Both the position numbers and the translations under genes were made by a program. A DNA stretch of 64,000 bases from an uncultured Verrucomicrobia subdivision 3 bacterium (GTDB lineage: Bacteria > Verrucomicrobiota > Verrucomicrobiia > Limisphaerales > UBA11358), in assembly GCA_903850425.1 (NCBI GenBank), contig CAINLR010000131.1, forward strand, positions 71,642 through 135,641, in the 5' to 3' direction. Numbering within the stretch: position 1 is the stretch's first letter; each line of letters begins with the position of its first letter. The notes under the pieces are model-generated. The model worked only from the letters and a program-made list of their open reading frames with translations. It did no database searches and was not told where the DNA came from. Of this stretch, positions 26,910-36,647 are shown piece after piece.

Positions 26910-29060
26910 TCAGACGCGCTGGCTGAATTCGCGGATCATCGCCTTCCACCACGGTGCGAGCTTTTCTTCCGGCCGCAGCCACGCTTGTTGATGTAGCCAA
27001 ACCATCACGCGCTGATCGGCCATCACGGCGACGCGTTCAGACGGTTTTAATTTGTCCGGCCCTTCGGCCAGAATTTTTTCACCGAGCAGCCGCACCGCGT
27101 CGCTGCCCGCGCCGAGCTTGGCGAATTGCTCGGCATAGACCGGGTTCAATTGCTTTTCGCGCAGGAGCATCACGTGGACGGCGTTGACGTAGGGATCGAG
27201 CACCGCTTCCGCCAGGCCGGCGTGTGAGCGACGTGGCAGCGCTTCTTCCTCGGTCATCTCATGTATTTTCAACCGCGACCGCAGCGAGACGATTTCCATC
27301 GGTGGCCGGGTTTCTTCCGGCGTCAAAAACAGGCCGAGGCTCTTGGCCCGCGCGCCCAGGCTGCGGCGACTGGTCAACACGCTCAAGGGCACGGACAGCA
27401 CCATGCCCGCCAGCACCGGCGTGAACCACCAAAACAAGGACGGATCGAGCTGCCAGGTCCAATAGCCCCAGACCGCGCCGATGAGCGTGTGGCCCCAGTG
27501 GCGTTGCACCGCGTAGAGCCACGACGTGCCGTCGGCGGTGCGGAGTTGCGTCGTCCAGCCGACGCTGATGCCGGCGAGATTAGTGAGAACAAAACGCGTG
27601 TGCCAGAGCATGAGCAGCGGCGCGTGCAGCGTGGAGAAAATGGTTTCGCCGACCACGCCAGCGGTAGCTTTCAACAGGCCGCCGAATTCGCGGCGGCGCG
27701 GCCAGTCGCGCGCGAGGTCAATGAGCGACAAAAATTTCGGCAGCATGATCACCACCATGCAAATCACAAATACAAGCAGCGCGTGCTCGGTGCCGCTCCA
27801 GTTTTTCAGATACGGATTGAAGGATTCCACCGGAATCATCGAAAGACCGGTGTATTGCTGATACCAATAAATCCAATTGAATGTGAGCATGAAGGCCAGC
27901 CAGAGCGGGCTGGCGACGTAGCCGAAAATTCCCAGGATCAGGTGCATCCGGCTCACGCCGCGCAGCCCCTTGGCAAAGAGCACGAGCCCGTGCTGTAAAT
28001 TTCCCTGGCACCAGCGGCGTTCGCGCTGCGCGTTTTCAATCAATGCCTGCGGGGCTTCTTCGTAGCTGCCTTCGAGATCGTAGGCGAGCCAGACTTCCCA
28101 GTTCTCGCGGAGCATCAGCGCGGCTTCGACAAAATCGTGCGACAGGATTTGCCCGCCGAAGGGCTTGCGCCCGGGCAGTTGCGGCAGGTCGCAATACTGC
28201 ATGAACGGCTCGGTGCGGATGATGGCGTTGTGGCCCCAATAATTCGCCAGATCGAGCGCCCAATAATTCAGGCCGGAAATAAAAACCGGCGCGTAGAGGC
28301 GATTGGCAAATTGCTGAATGCGGCCGAACAGCGACTCGGCATTCACGAGCGCCGGCACGGTTTGAATCAGCCCGACCGACGGGCTGGCTTCCATCAGTTT
28401 CACAAGGTCCACGAGCGTTTCACCTCGCATCACGCTGTCGGCGTCGCAGCAGACGAAGTAGCGGTAGCGGCGGCCCCAGGTGTTGAGGAAGTCGCGGATA
28501 TTGCCGCTCTTGCGCTCCTCGTTGAACAGGCGGCGGCGATAATAAATTTTTCCGAGCGCATCCAACTCGCGCACGAGGTCCGACCAGCGGCGTTCCTCCT
28601 CGACCCAGCGGTCGGGATTCGTCGAATCGCTCAGGATGAAAAAGTCAAAGCGATCAAGCTGGCCGGTGCGTTCGAGTGACTCGTAAGTTGCGCGCACGCC
28701 TTCGAACACGCGCACCGGGTCTTCGTTATAGACGGGAAAAATGATCGCCGTGCTGACGCCGTCAATTTTCTGCTCCTTGAAATTTTTGAGCGCGGTGATG
28801 CGGCGCTTCGTCCCGAAAATGCGAATGAAAAATCCGTAGATGCCGTGCATGCAGCCGATGGCCGTGAGCAAAAACAAAATCACGAACAGCGACAGCAGCA
28901 CCGTGCGCGACGTGGACCAACCGGTGCGCCAGAGCAGGTCGGCGAACAACATCGAGACGGCACCCGTCATCAGCACGGCGGAGGAATAAAACAGAAACAG
29001 GCGCCAGCCGCGCCGGGCGCGGGGCAGCGGGGCCATCGAAATGGTCGGGGAGTCAGCCAT
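26910..29060 (-). CDS. opgH: osmoregulated periplasmic glucan glucosyltransferase (GT2) OpgH/MdoH
   Basis: 716 aa, polytopic. The GT2 core reads IIFPVYNEDP, ILSDSTNPD, CCDADSVM and QRERRWCQGNLQH. Confidence 0.9.
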   Translation of the reverse strand: MADSPTISMAPLPRARRGWRLFLFYSSAVLMTGAVSMLFADLLWRTGWSTSRTVLLSLFVILFLLTAIGCMHGIYGFFIRIFGTKRRITALKNFKEQKIDGVSTAIIFPVYNEDPVRVFEGVRATYESLERTGQLDRFDFFILSDSTNPDRWVEEERRWSDLVRELDALGKIYYRRRLFNEERKSGNIRDFLNTWGRRYRYFVCCDADSVMRGETLVDLVKLMEASPSVGLIQTVPALVNAESLFGRIQQFANRLYAPVFISGLNYWALDLANYWGHNAIIRTEPFMQYCDLPQLPGRKPFGGQILSHDFVEAALMLRENWEVWLAYDLEGSYEEAPQALIENAQRERRWCQGNLQHGLVLFAKGLRGVSRMHLILGIFGYVASPLWLAFMLTFNWIYWYQQYTGLSMIPVESFNPYLKNWSGTEHALLVFVICMVVIMLPKFLSLIDLARDWPRRREFGGLLKATAGVVGETIFSTLHAPLLMLWHTRFVLTNLAGISVGWTTQLRTADGTSWLYAVQRHWGHTLIGAVWGYWTWQLDPSLFWWFTPVLAGMVLSVPLSVLTSRRSLGARAKSLGLFLTPEETRPPMEIVSLRSRLKIHEMTEEEALPRRSHAGLAEAVLDPYVNAVHVMLLREKQLNPVYAEQFAKLGAGSDAVRLLGEKILAEGPDKLKPSERVAVMADQRVMVWLHQQAWLRPEEKLAPWWKAMIREFSQRV

Positions 29061-29063
29061 GAA

Positions 29064-29714
29064 TCAGTGAACCGCAAACGGAAACAATTTGCCGAGCAGC
29101 ACCTTCACGTTCTCGATGACTTCATCAAACGAGTGGTGCGTCAGCCAGAAAATCAGGACCAGCAGCAAGCCGTAGAGCAGCCACACGGAAATCATGCGGA
29201 CGTAAGGCAGTTTGCCGAGATTCGACAGCGTGGTGAGCGGGCCGAGGTCGAGCGGGCGCGGCACCATTTTCGACAACTGAAAATCCGGTCCGGCGCGGAA
29301 GAAGGTTTCGCGCATGGCCTCGACAAATTCCGTCGGCCACGGACCGGGGCGCAAAAATTGATCCTGCCATTTGCCGGGCATGTCGCACAACAGGAGCGCC
29401 AGACGGCCGCGCGTGGAGAGCATCTGATCGGTGCCGGTGGGCGAAGTTTGCAGCACGGCCGCGAACCATTCGGTCACGAATTTGTCCATCTCCTCGGCCG
29501 AGAGTTCGGTGGCGCTGCGCTGCGGTTCGGCCGGCGCGCGCAATTGGGCGCGTTCGAGCACGCGGAGGACCATGCGGCCGAGCAGCGGCTTGTTGCGGAT
29601 GCGCAGCGCGTGGAAATAATTTTCCACTTTCACATACGCCGCGTTCCATTCCTCCAGCGAGCGGCCGGCAATTTCACCAGAAATGTCCGGCTGATTGTTC
29701 ACGGCGGACTCCAT
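29064..29714 (-). CDS. hypothetical tail-anchored protein encoded between opgG and opgH
   Basis: 216-aa ATG ORF with non-shadow composition. A single C-terminal TM (MISVWLLYGLLLVLIFWLT) is present. It overlaps the opgG stop by 16 nt and ends 3 nt before the opgH ATG. I recognise no family. Confidence 0.6.
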   Translation of the reverse strand: MESAVNNQPDISGEIAGRSLEEWNAAYVKVENYFHALRIRNKPLLGRMVLRVLERAQLRAPAEPQRSATELSAEEMDKFVTEWFAAVLQTSPTGTDQMLSTRGRLALLLCDMPGKWQDQFLRPGPWPTEFVEAMRETFFRAGPDFQLSKMVPRPLDLGPLTTLSNLGKLPYVRMISVWLLYGLLLVLIFWLTHHSFDEVIENVKVLLGKLFPFAVH

Positions 29715-31267
29715 TGATACGTCCAGGTTTCGCTGACGACATTCGTGCCCTGCTGCAACGTGCAGCGCAGATCAATCGCCTCATGGCTGCCTTCCTTGGG
29801 CTTCATTTTGAGAATGACGCGCCAGGTGCCGAGAAAATTATTGCGCGTCACGAAATTGTCCACAATGGCGGCCCCAGCGCTGCAATTCGCAATGGCCGCC
29901 GGCGGTTTGTCCTCAGAAATTTTGTCCAGCTTGGGCCCGTCGAAATCCAGCACGAACTGCCGCGCGCCGGCAAACTGCGCGTCCGGCCCGATGCGCGTGG
30001 AGACGACGCGGTTTTCCGAGCGCTTCAAGTCGGCGTCGCCGCCTTCCCAGTGCAGCGTGTAGCCATATCGGAATGCTTGGAGCGGCGCGGGTTTATTCTT
30101 TGGATCCCAGAACGCGACGATGTTATCGAGACCTTCATAGTGGGTGCTCAATTCCACCAGATGCAAATCGCCGTCGCCCCAGTTGCCATCCGGCTCCACC
30201 CAGACGCTCGGCACTTGATGGTAGAGGTTGAACATGTCTTGGTAGGCGGCAAAACTCCGTTCGCGCTGGAGCAAGCCGAAGCCCTTGATGTTCGGCGCGG
30301 AAAAAACCTGGTGCCGCGTCGCGGACGGATTGTCGAGCGGCCGCCAGAAAATTTCACCATTGCCCATGCGGACGAGCAATCCGTCGCTGTCGTGGACTTC
30401 CGTGCGGTAATCGTCAAATTTGCGTTCGGTGTCCTTGCCAAACCAAAACATGCTGGTCAGCGGCGCGAGGCCAATGGTCTTGGACGGCTTCCGATTCTTG
30501 TCCACGGCAGCGACGTGGTTGGTTTCACGAAAATACAAAACCGCTTTGATGCTCACGGTGGTGGTGTCGCCAGGGCGGATGAAAAATTCATACGCGCCCG
30601 CGCAACTCACGCTGTCGAGAATCGCATAGAGCCGCAGTTCGTGGTCGCCTTCGCTCGGCTTGCCCAGCCACCAGTCGGTGAAGATGGGAAATTCCTCAGA
30701 GCGGTCGCCTTCGCCCGAGTCGAGCGCGAGGCCGCGCGCCGATTCGCCGTAACGCAGATGCTTGCCGAGCAGCCGGAAATAGCTCGCGCCGAGAAACGCG
30801 CCGAGTTCGTCCAGTTGCTCCGGTTTGTTCAGCGGATATAACAGGCGGAAACCGGCGTAACCGGTGTTGACCGGGATTTGTTTGGCAATGTCGAGTTTGC
30901 CGTAGTCGAAGAAATCCTGCACGAATCGGATCGGCTGCGAATGCGTGAGCTTGAATTCGTAAACATGCACCGGTTCCTGATACAGGTAGCCGGGGTGAAA
31001 AAACTCCACGCGGAACGGCAGGTTCTCGCTGGTCCACAACGCGCGATCGCGGCGGAAACGGATTTCCCGGTATTTGTCGTAGTCGAGATTGTCCTGGCGC
31101 AAGACCTTGGGCAGATCGGCGCGCGGCGAGTGAAAGGGTGAACGGGCGCGCTCCAGCGCCCGCTGCGCCACATAGTCGAGATTCACCTCGGCGGACTCCG
31201 CCGCCGCGCAAGCCGACGCCAGCGACAGACTTCCGATCAAAAACAGCCGCCTATAGGTTTGCCACAT
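29699..31267 (-). CDS. opgG: periplasmic glucan biosynthesis protein OpgG/MdoG
   Basis: MdoG-family length and stretches (FFHPGYLY, FRLLYPLN, GASYFRLLGK, FGLLQRER). Signal peptide from ATG 31267 (MWQTYRRLFLIGSLSLASACAAA). The ORF-track start at 31297 is TTG. Confidence 0.9.
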   Translation of the reverse strand: MWQTYRRLFLIGSLSLASACAAAESAEVNLDYVAQRALERARSPFHSPRADLPKVLRQDNLDYDKYREIRFRRDRALWTSENLPFRVEFFHPGYLYQEPVHVYEFKLTHSQPIRFVQDFFDYGKLDIAKQIPVNTGYAGFRLLYPLNKPEQLDELGAFLGASYFRLLGKHLRYGESARGLALDSGEGDRSEEFPIFTDWWLGKPSEGDHELRLYAILDSVSCAGAYEFFIRPGDTTTVSIKAVLYFRETNHVAAVDKNRKPSKTIGLAPLTSMFWFGKDTERKFDDYRTEVHDSDGLLVRMGNGEIFWRPLDNPSATRHQVFSAPNIKGFGLLQRERSFAAYQDMFNLYHQVPSVWVEPDGNWGDGDLHLVELSTHYEGLDNIVAFWDPKNKPAPLQAFRYGYTLHWEGGDADLKRSENRVVSTRIGPDAQFAGARQFVLDFDGPKLDKISEDKPPAAIANCSAGAAIVDNFVTRNNFLGTWRVILKMKPKEGSHEAIDLRCTLQQGTNVVSETWTYQWSPP

Positions 31268-31288
31268 CTTGGTTAAGGAGAACCGAAA

Positions 31289-31828
31289 ATGGGCCAATTT
31301 GCAAGTTTAGCCCGAGGCGGATGCCCCGGCAGCCCCCAAAAAAGTCAACTTGGATTTTGTCGCGCAACCTTCCGGCGGGCGGTAAACTCCCGCCGCGTGA
31401 GTAAAGAAAATCACACCTCCTCAGAACCTGCCGACGTGCGGCAGCGGCTAAATGCGTTGCGCGAAGCGCTGTTGGCGCTGCACAAAGCGCTGCTCGCATC
31501 CGAGCGCGTCAGCTACGAAGCCACGTTCGGCAAAATCACCTCGCCGTATCAATTCCTGCAACTGCTCACGAACGATCCGTGGTTCGCGTGGCTGATGCCG
31601 GTCACCCGGCTTATCACCAAACTGGATGAAATACTGGATGCTAAAGAGCCGCTGAGCGCTGCCGGAACCGAAGCGCTCATGGCGGAGACGCGGACACTGC
31701 TGGTGGCCAGCGAGGGTGGCGAAGGTTTTTCGCGGCATTACGACGAAGCGATGCAACGCTCGCCCGATGTGGTTTTTGCCCATGCGGCGGTGGCGAAGTT
31801 GATTCGCCCGCCCCAGACCGGAAAATAA
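31289..31828 (+). CDS. hypothetical protein
   Basis: ATG preceded by a canonical AAGGAG (31275-31280) with an 8-nt spacer. Helical, protein-like composition (LNALREALLALHKALLASERVSYEATFGKITSPYQFLQLLTNDPWFAWL). No family recognised. Confidence 0.55.
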   Translation: MGQFASLARGGCPGSPQKSQLGFCRATFRRAVNSRRVSKENHTSSEPADVRQRLNALREALLALHKALLASERVSYEATFGKITSPYQFLQLLTNDPWFAWLMPVTRLITKLDEILDAKEPLSAAGTEALMAETRTLLVASEGGEGFSRHYDEAMQRSPDVVFAHAAVAKLIRPPQTGK

Positions 31829-31949
31829 TTTCTGAATTCTGAGAGAGTTCATCCAAAGTCGGCCGGTGGCATTTGATGCCGATAACCAGCATCATCGTTA
31901 CGAATAGCGGGATCGGGCACAGGTGCGGCGCGCACGATGACGGCTCGGT

Positions 31950-34388
31950 TTATTCGCTGGCGATTTTCCTGAGTTGCGTGGCCAGGTTTTGTTTTAAGTC
32001 CTTTGCCCAATAGGCATCCAAGGCCGGCGCGATGGTTTCCACCAGGGTCTGGCCCGGTTTGGCCGCCCGCAGTCGCTGGGCACAATCCCGAACGCATTCA
32101 GCTTGGGCAACATTCATCGGCACCGTGAGGGCGTGTAGCTGCGGTTCATACAAATCTCCCAAACTGGCGGCCAAGCGGGCGACAAATTGACCCGCAACGT
32201 AGTGTTCATCAAGTAAGAGCCGGTAATCCCGCCGGAACCCTTCGGCGGATAGTTGCTGCAAACCGCGTTGGGCCATGTTTTTTGCCGAGGGAAACCCCAG
32301 CGTTTTCAGAAACTCGGCGCTGACCAGACAGCCGACTGGGCCGGTGGCTTCAGAAGAAAGGATGCCGTCCATATCCGGCTGCAAATAGGTTTGCTGGCCG
32401 CGAAGGAGAAGGGCGATCTCGCGCAAGTTTGTCCAAGGCCAGGAACGGGGCGGGAAAATCAAATCGCCCGACGCCAAAACCTCTTGCGACAGCGTCGCGA
32501 TTTCAGCGTTCAAAGCGCCACCGCTCGCGGGCCGTGGGTCCTCGGGAATTTGAAAATTTTCCGCAGGATTTTTTGTCGCCGCCGAAAAATCCTTGAAGAC
32601 ATCAAAGGGTGACAGGAAGTCTTCGTTCCCGAGTTGGCGCAGCAAGGCAGGAAGTTGCGCGCAGACGGCGGCGGGAAGTTTGGTCTGCAAATAGCTATCC
32701 ACAAATGGCAATTGCACCAGCTCGCTGCCAAAAAAAACGAGCGCTGAACTGAACGGAGCATTGGTCCGGCAGACATTGGTGAACCCGCTGCCGGCTCGCT
32801 CAAGCCCTGCCAAAGCCGGCGCAAACGCGCCCGGAGCGAAACGCAAATTGATTTGGCCATGCCTGGATTCCCCGGAGGTTAGAGCAAACGCCACGAGCCG
32901 GCCGGTCTTGGCCTCGAGTTTAAGGCAGGCGCTGGCATTGCTGAAAATGAGCTGGCCATCAGCGAACCAGTTGGTGTGATCCTTGGGATGGGCGAGCCGC
33001 ACAAATGCCGCCGGGGCAAGGCTCATGCTCAAGGCGTAGGGCGGCAGGTTGGTCGCGTCGTTAAGACTCTGCAATCCGGCACCGACGAGGAGGTTCGCAG
33101 TATGGCCATCGGCTCCCGGCGCACCGGTTTCCACGGTGACGTAGCTTTTGAACTGTTCGGCCGAAAACGAGGTCAGGTATTTCTGTTGCAGTCTGGGCAC
33201 ATACAACGCGATTTGGTTGGTGGATACGATCAGCGCATGGCGAAGCCGGTTCGTCCCGGAGCTGGCTTCATTTTCCAGCATCAGCAAGCCCTGTCGGGGT
33301 GCGAGAATACATTCCAACGACAAAGCCTCGCCGGCATACCCGGAAACCGAGATCACGGCTTCTTCCGCCGTGTTACCCAAGTTCGCGAGCCAATCCCGCG
33401 CCTGAAGCATGGTCTTTTCCATCGGATCGAACTGGCTTGCCAACGGCGGGCTGTCATCACTTTCAAGCACGTCAATGGTGAGTTGCAGGCGACCGGAGGA
33501 ATCCGGCACGCCAGCCAAAACCGAATTGGTGAGAAAACGTGCGGAATGATAGAGCCGGTCATTGATGGCGGCGGCCAGATCCGTGGTGAATTTCACTCCC
33601 GGTTTTAGGTCGAGGTAGTTCAGCAAAGCCTCGCGGTCGTTCTTCCGGTTGCCCACCACCTTGATCTGGTCAATGCTGGCAGGCGGACCTTCCTCGGCGA
33701 TGTTCACCTGCAAGGTTGCCGTCCGGGTGGCGGCGTTGGTCGCAACTTGGAGACTGAATCGCGACTGGAAAAAGCCCTGTTGGCCCAGCGCATGCCTCAC
33801 CCGGCTGGCAAGGGACCGCTGGCTGATCTGGTCAAAAGGGGCCGGCTGGCCTTGGCTCCAGGCGACGGTGTTGTTGATTTCCGCGCCTTCCGTTCGGTTG
33901 GCCGGGGCATTGTCCAGGAATTGAAACGTCTGCAGCCATGCGCCAGTGTCGGCCATGGGCGCCGTCAAGGCTTTCAAGATGGGCGGCGGGGCAATCTTCC
34001 GCGCGCCGATAATTTCAACGGAATCACACCGGTAGCGGGTGCCTTCCGTGATCCGAACGACAACCCGATCCGCTGTGGCATCATACTTGGCGGTAATCCG
34101 GGCGCTGGGAAATCCACCACGCTCATAGCCCAGGCGCAGATGGCTTTCAATTGCCGCCAAAAAAGGATCGCGTGGGGCCAGGGGATGAGACAGTTCAGGG
34201 AAATCGAAAGTGTTGTTTAATCGAAGCCAGAGGCTCCGGGCCGGGAATGTGGTATTGCCTTCAAAGGTGAACCGGTCGAACTCTCGTAAGGGTCCAACCC
34301 GGGGTTTATCACCGGTTTCAGCGCTCCGCACCGGGTTGCTGCCAATGACCAGCGCCAGAAGAACACAGATCGTCGCCACAGTTTTCAT
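31950..34388 (-). CDS. exported POTRA-repeat protein without recognisable Omp85 barrel
   Basis: Signal peptide MKTVATICVLLALVIGSNPVRSA from ATG 34388. POTRA-like units are visible (FTFEGNTTFPARSL..LGYERGGFPSARITAKYD..VVVRITEGTRYRCDSVEIIGARKI, and a second ending IDQIKVVGNRKNDREALLNYLDLKPG). About 500 aa of unassigned C-terminal sequence ends ..LRKIASE. Confidence 0.65.
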   Translation of the reverse strand: MKTVATICVLLALVIGSNPVRSAETGDKPRVGPLREFDRFTFEGNTTFPARSLWLRLNNTFDFPELSHPLAPRDPFLAAIESHLRLGYERGGFPSARITAKYDATADRVVVRITEGTRYRCDSVEIIGARKIAPPPILKALTAPMADTGAWLQTFQFLDNAPANRTEGAEINNTVAWSQGQPAPFDQISQRSLASRVRHALGQQGFFQSRFSLQVATNAATRTATLQVNIAEEGPPASIDQIKVVGNRKNDREALLNYLDLKPGVKFTTDLAAAINDRLYHSARFLTNSVLAGVPDSSGRLQLTIDVLESDDSPPLASQFDPMEKTMLQARDWLANLGNTAEEAVISVSGYAGEALSLECILAPRQGLLMLENEASSGTNRLRHALIVSTNQIALYVPRLQQKYLTSFSAEQFKSYVTVETGAPGADGHTANLLVGAGLQSLNDATNLPPYALSMSLAPAAFVRLAHPKDHTNWFADGQLIFSNASACLKLEAKTGRLVAFALTSGESRHGQINLRFAPGAFAPALAGLERAGSGFTNVCRTNAPFSSALVFFGSELVQLPFVDSYLQTKLPAAVCAQLPALLRQLGNEDFLSPFDVFKDFSAATKNPAENFQIPEDPRPASGGALNAEIATLSQEVLASGDLIFPPRSWPWTNLREIALLLRGQQTYLQPDMDGILSSEATGPVGCLVSAEFLKTLGFPSAKNMAQRGLQQLSAEGFRRDYRLLLDEHYVAGQFVARLAASLGDLYEPQLHALTVPMNVAQAECVRDCAQRLRAAKPGQTLVETIAPALDAYWAKDLKQNLATQLRKIASE

Positions 34389-34463
34389 ATCGGTTTTTGT
34401 TGATCCGCCCACACTCTTTCAAATCGGGAAAGTAAGCTTTTCATTGCCGGTTGCAATCCCGTT

Positions 34464-35594
34464 TTAATCCAGCGTCTGCCGATAGCGCTTGATGCCGATG
34501 GCCAGCATCACGGCCACGAACAACGCGATGGGCCAGAGATCGGGCGCGCATTCCGCGAGGCCATTTCCCTTGAGCAAGATGCCGCGCACGATGCGCAGAT
34601 AGTGTGTGAGCGGCAGACATTCGCCAATGTTCTGTGCCCAGCCGGGCATCCCGCGAAACGGGAACATGTAACCCGACAGCAACAGCGACGGCAGGAAAAA
34701 GAAAAACGCCATCTGCACCGCCTGCAACTGGTTCTTGGCGATGGTCGAGAACGTGATGCCCACCGCGAGATTCGCCACGATGAACAAAAACGTCAGCGCC
34801 ACCAACAGCGGCACGCTGCCGATGAACGGCACGTTGAACAGGAATTTGGCCGCGAGCAGCACGAGCGTCACCTGCACATAGCCGACCATGATGTAGGGAA
34901 CAATTTTGCCGATGATGACTTCGCCGGGATGGACGGGCGTCGAGAGCAGATTTTCCATCGTGCCCCGCTCGCGTTCGCGCGTGATGGCCAGGCCGGTGAT
35001 GATGATCATCGTCATCGTCAGCATCACGCCGATGAGACCGGGAACGATGTTGTATTGGCTGATGCTTTCGGGATTGAAATGCTGATGCGTGACGAGGTTG
35101 AACGGCGGCGCGGACGCGCGTAACCGCGTGAGCGGGCCGGTGAGATCGCGATTGATGACGGTGGTGGCGAGCTGGCTCACCGCCGCCTGCGCAAAACCGA
35201 CCGCCGACGGATCGGTGGCATCGGCTTCGAGCAGCAGGTCCGGTTTTTCGCCGCGCAACAGTTGCCGCGAAAAATCCACCGGCACGGTCACGGCGAATTG
35301 CACCTTGCCCTCGGCAAGCCAGTTCTGGATTTCCGCCGTGCTGTGTGCCTCGCGCGTGAAGTCGAAGTAGCTGCTGTTGCGCAACGCCCAGACGATGGTG
35401 CGCGAAAACGGGCTGTTGTCCGCCGCATAAATCGCCGTGGGCAGGTGCTTGGGATTCGAGTTGATGGCGTAGCCGAACAGGATGAGCTGCACCATCGGGA
35501 TGCCGACCATCATGCCGAACGTGAGCCGGTCACGCCGCATCTGGATGAACTCCTTCATGACCACGGCCCAAAAGCGCTGGAGATTGAAGCTCAT
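34464..35594 (-). CDS. ABC-2 type transporter permease
   Basis: 376 aa from ATG 35594 (MSFNLQRFWAVVMKEFIQMRRDRLTF). A large periplasmic loop is followed by 5 C-terminal TM helices, as in YbhS/YbhR-type permeases. Confidence 0.85.
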   Translation of the reverse strand: MSFNLQRFWAVVMKEFIQMRRDRLTFGMMVGIPMVQLILFGYAINSNPKHLPTAIYAADNSPFSRTIVWALRNSSYFDFTREAHSTAEIQNWLAEGKVQFAVTVPVDFSRQLLRGEKPDLLLEADATDPSAVGFAQAAVSQLATTVINRDLTGPLTRLRASAPPFNLVTHQHFNPESISQYNIVPGLIGVMLTMTMIIITGLAITRERERGTMENLLSTPVHPGEVIIGKIVPYIMVGYVQVTLVLLAAKFLFNVPFIGSVPLLVALTFLFIVANLAVGITFSTIAKNQLQAVQMAFFFFLPSLLLSGYMFPFRGMPGWAQNIGECLPLTHYLRIVRGILLKGNGLAECAPDLWPIALFVAVMLAIGIKRYRQTLD

Positions 35595-35608
35595 CGGAAA
35601 TTCCTTTC

Positions 35609-35710
35609 GGAAACATTCAACAACCAACATTCAACATTCAACGTCCAACGAATGCCCGAATTGAGCGTCGTTGGTTGTTCGATGTTGAATGTTGAATGTT
35701 GAATGTTATC
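35609..35710. repeat. AACATTCAAC-type hairpin element (intercistronic, ATPase/permease)
   Basis: The left arm is GGAAACATTCAACAACCAACATTCAACATTCAACGTCCAACG. After an 18-nt spacer (35651-35668) the right arm is CGTTGGTTGTTCGATGTTGAATGTTGAATGTTGAATGTTATC. Pairing is imperfect and possible in several registers. Confidence 0.8.
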
Positions 35711-35717
35711 CATTGCC

Positions 35718-36641
35718 TCAAGAAAAATTGTCCTTTGCCGTTTCCATCAGACTGATGAACACGTCTTCCAAGCCCGATTCAATCTTCGTCCAGCGCTGCG
35801 CATTGGTCATGAATGGCGCGACGCTGACGCGCAATTTTTCCGCGTCGCGCCCGCTGACATGCAGCGTGGTGCCAAACGCGACGACTTGTTCGACGCCCGC
35901 CAGGCCACGGATTTTATCCGCGACCACTGAAAGGTTTTCGCCGGAGACTTCCCAAGTGGTCAGCGCGCCGGCTTGGACGACTTCGTCCACCGTGCCGCTG
36001 GCGAGGAGATTGCCGTAGGCGATGTAGGCGAGCCGGTGACAGCGCGACGCCTCGTCCATGTAGTGCGTGGTGATCAGCACCGTCAAACCGCCCGCCGCGA
36101 GCTTGTGAATCTCCTCCCAGAAATCGCGCCGCGCCTTCGGGTCCACGCCGGCCGTCGGTTCGTCGAGCAGCAGCAACTGCGGCTCGTGAATCAGACAGGC
36201 CGCGAGCGCAAGTCGCTGTTTCCAGCCGCCGGACAACGTGCCTGCCAGTTGTTTGCGCCGCTCGACCATGCCGAGCCGTTCCAGACTTTTTTGCACGGCG
36301 GCCTTGCGGGCCGTCATGCTGTAAAGCCGCGCGATGAAATCCAGGTTTTCCTCGATCGTCAAATCCTCGTAAAAGCTGAACCGCTGCGTCATGTAGCCGA
36401 CGCGTTTTTTGATTTCAGAGGATTCGCGGCGGAAATCGAGGCCGAGGCAATTTCCTTCGCCGCCATCGGGCGTGAGCAGGCCGCAGAGCATTCGCAGAAA
36501 AGTGGTCTTGCCGCTGCCGTTTGGACCGAGAAAACCATAAATCTCGCCGGGCCGCACCTGCATGGCGATGTCGTTGACGACCGTGCGCGCGCCGAATTTT
36601 TTCGTGACGCCGCGCACGTCTATGGCGAAGGCCGAATTCAT
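35718..36641 (-). CDS. ABC transporter ATP-binding protein
   Basis: Walker A GPNGSGKTT, signature LSGGWKQRL, Walker B LLLLDEPTAGVD and an H-loop TTHYMDEA. Start set at ATG 36641 (MNSAFAIDV); the ATG at 36656 lies inside the repeat element. Confidence 0.9.
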   Translation of the reverse strand: MNSAFAIDVRGVTKKFGARTVVNDIAMQVRPGEIYGFLGPNGSGKTTFLRMLCGLLTPDGGEGNCLGLDFRRESSEIKKRVGYMTQRFSFYEDLTIEENLDFIARLYSMTARKAAVQKSLERLGMVERRKQLAGTLSGGWKQRLALAACLIHEPQLLLLDEPTAGVDPKARRDFWEEIHKLAAGGLTVLITTHYMDEASRCHRLAYIAYGNLLASGTVDEVVQAGALTTWEVSGENLSVVADKIRGLAGVEQVVAFGTTLHVSGRDAEKLRVSVAPFMTNAQRWTKIESGLEDVFISLMETAKDNFS

Positions 36642-36647
36642 GGAAGG

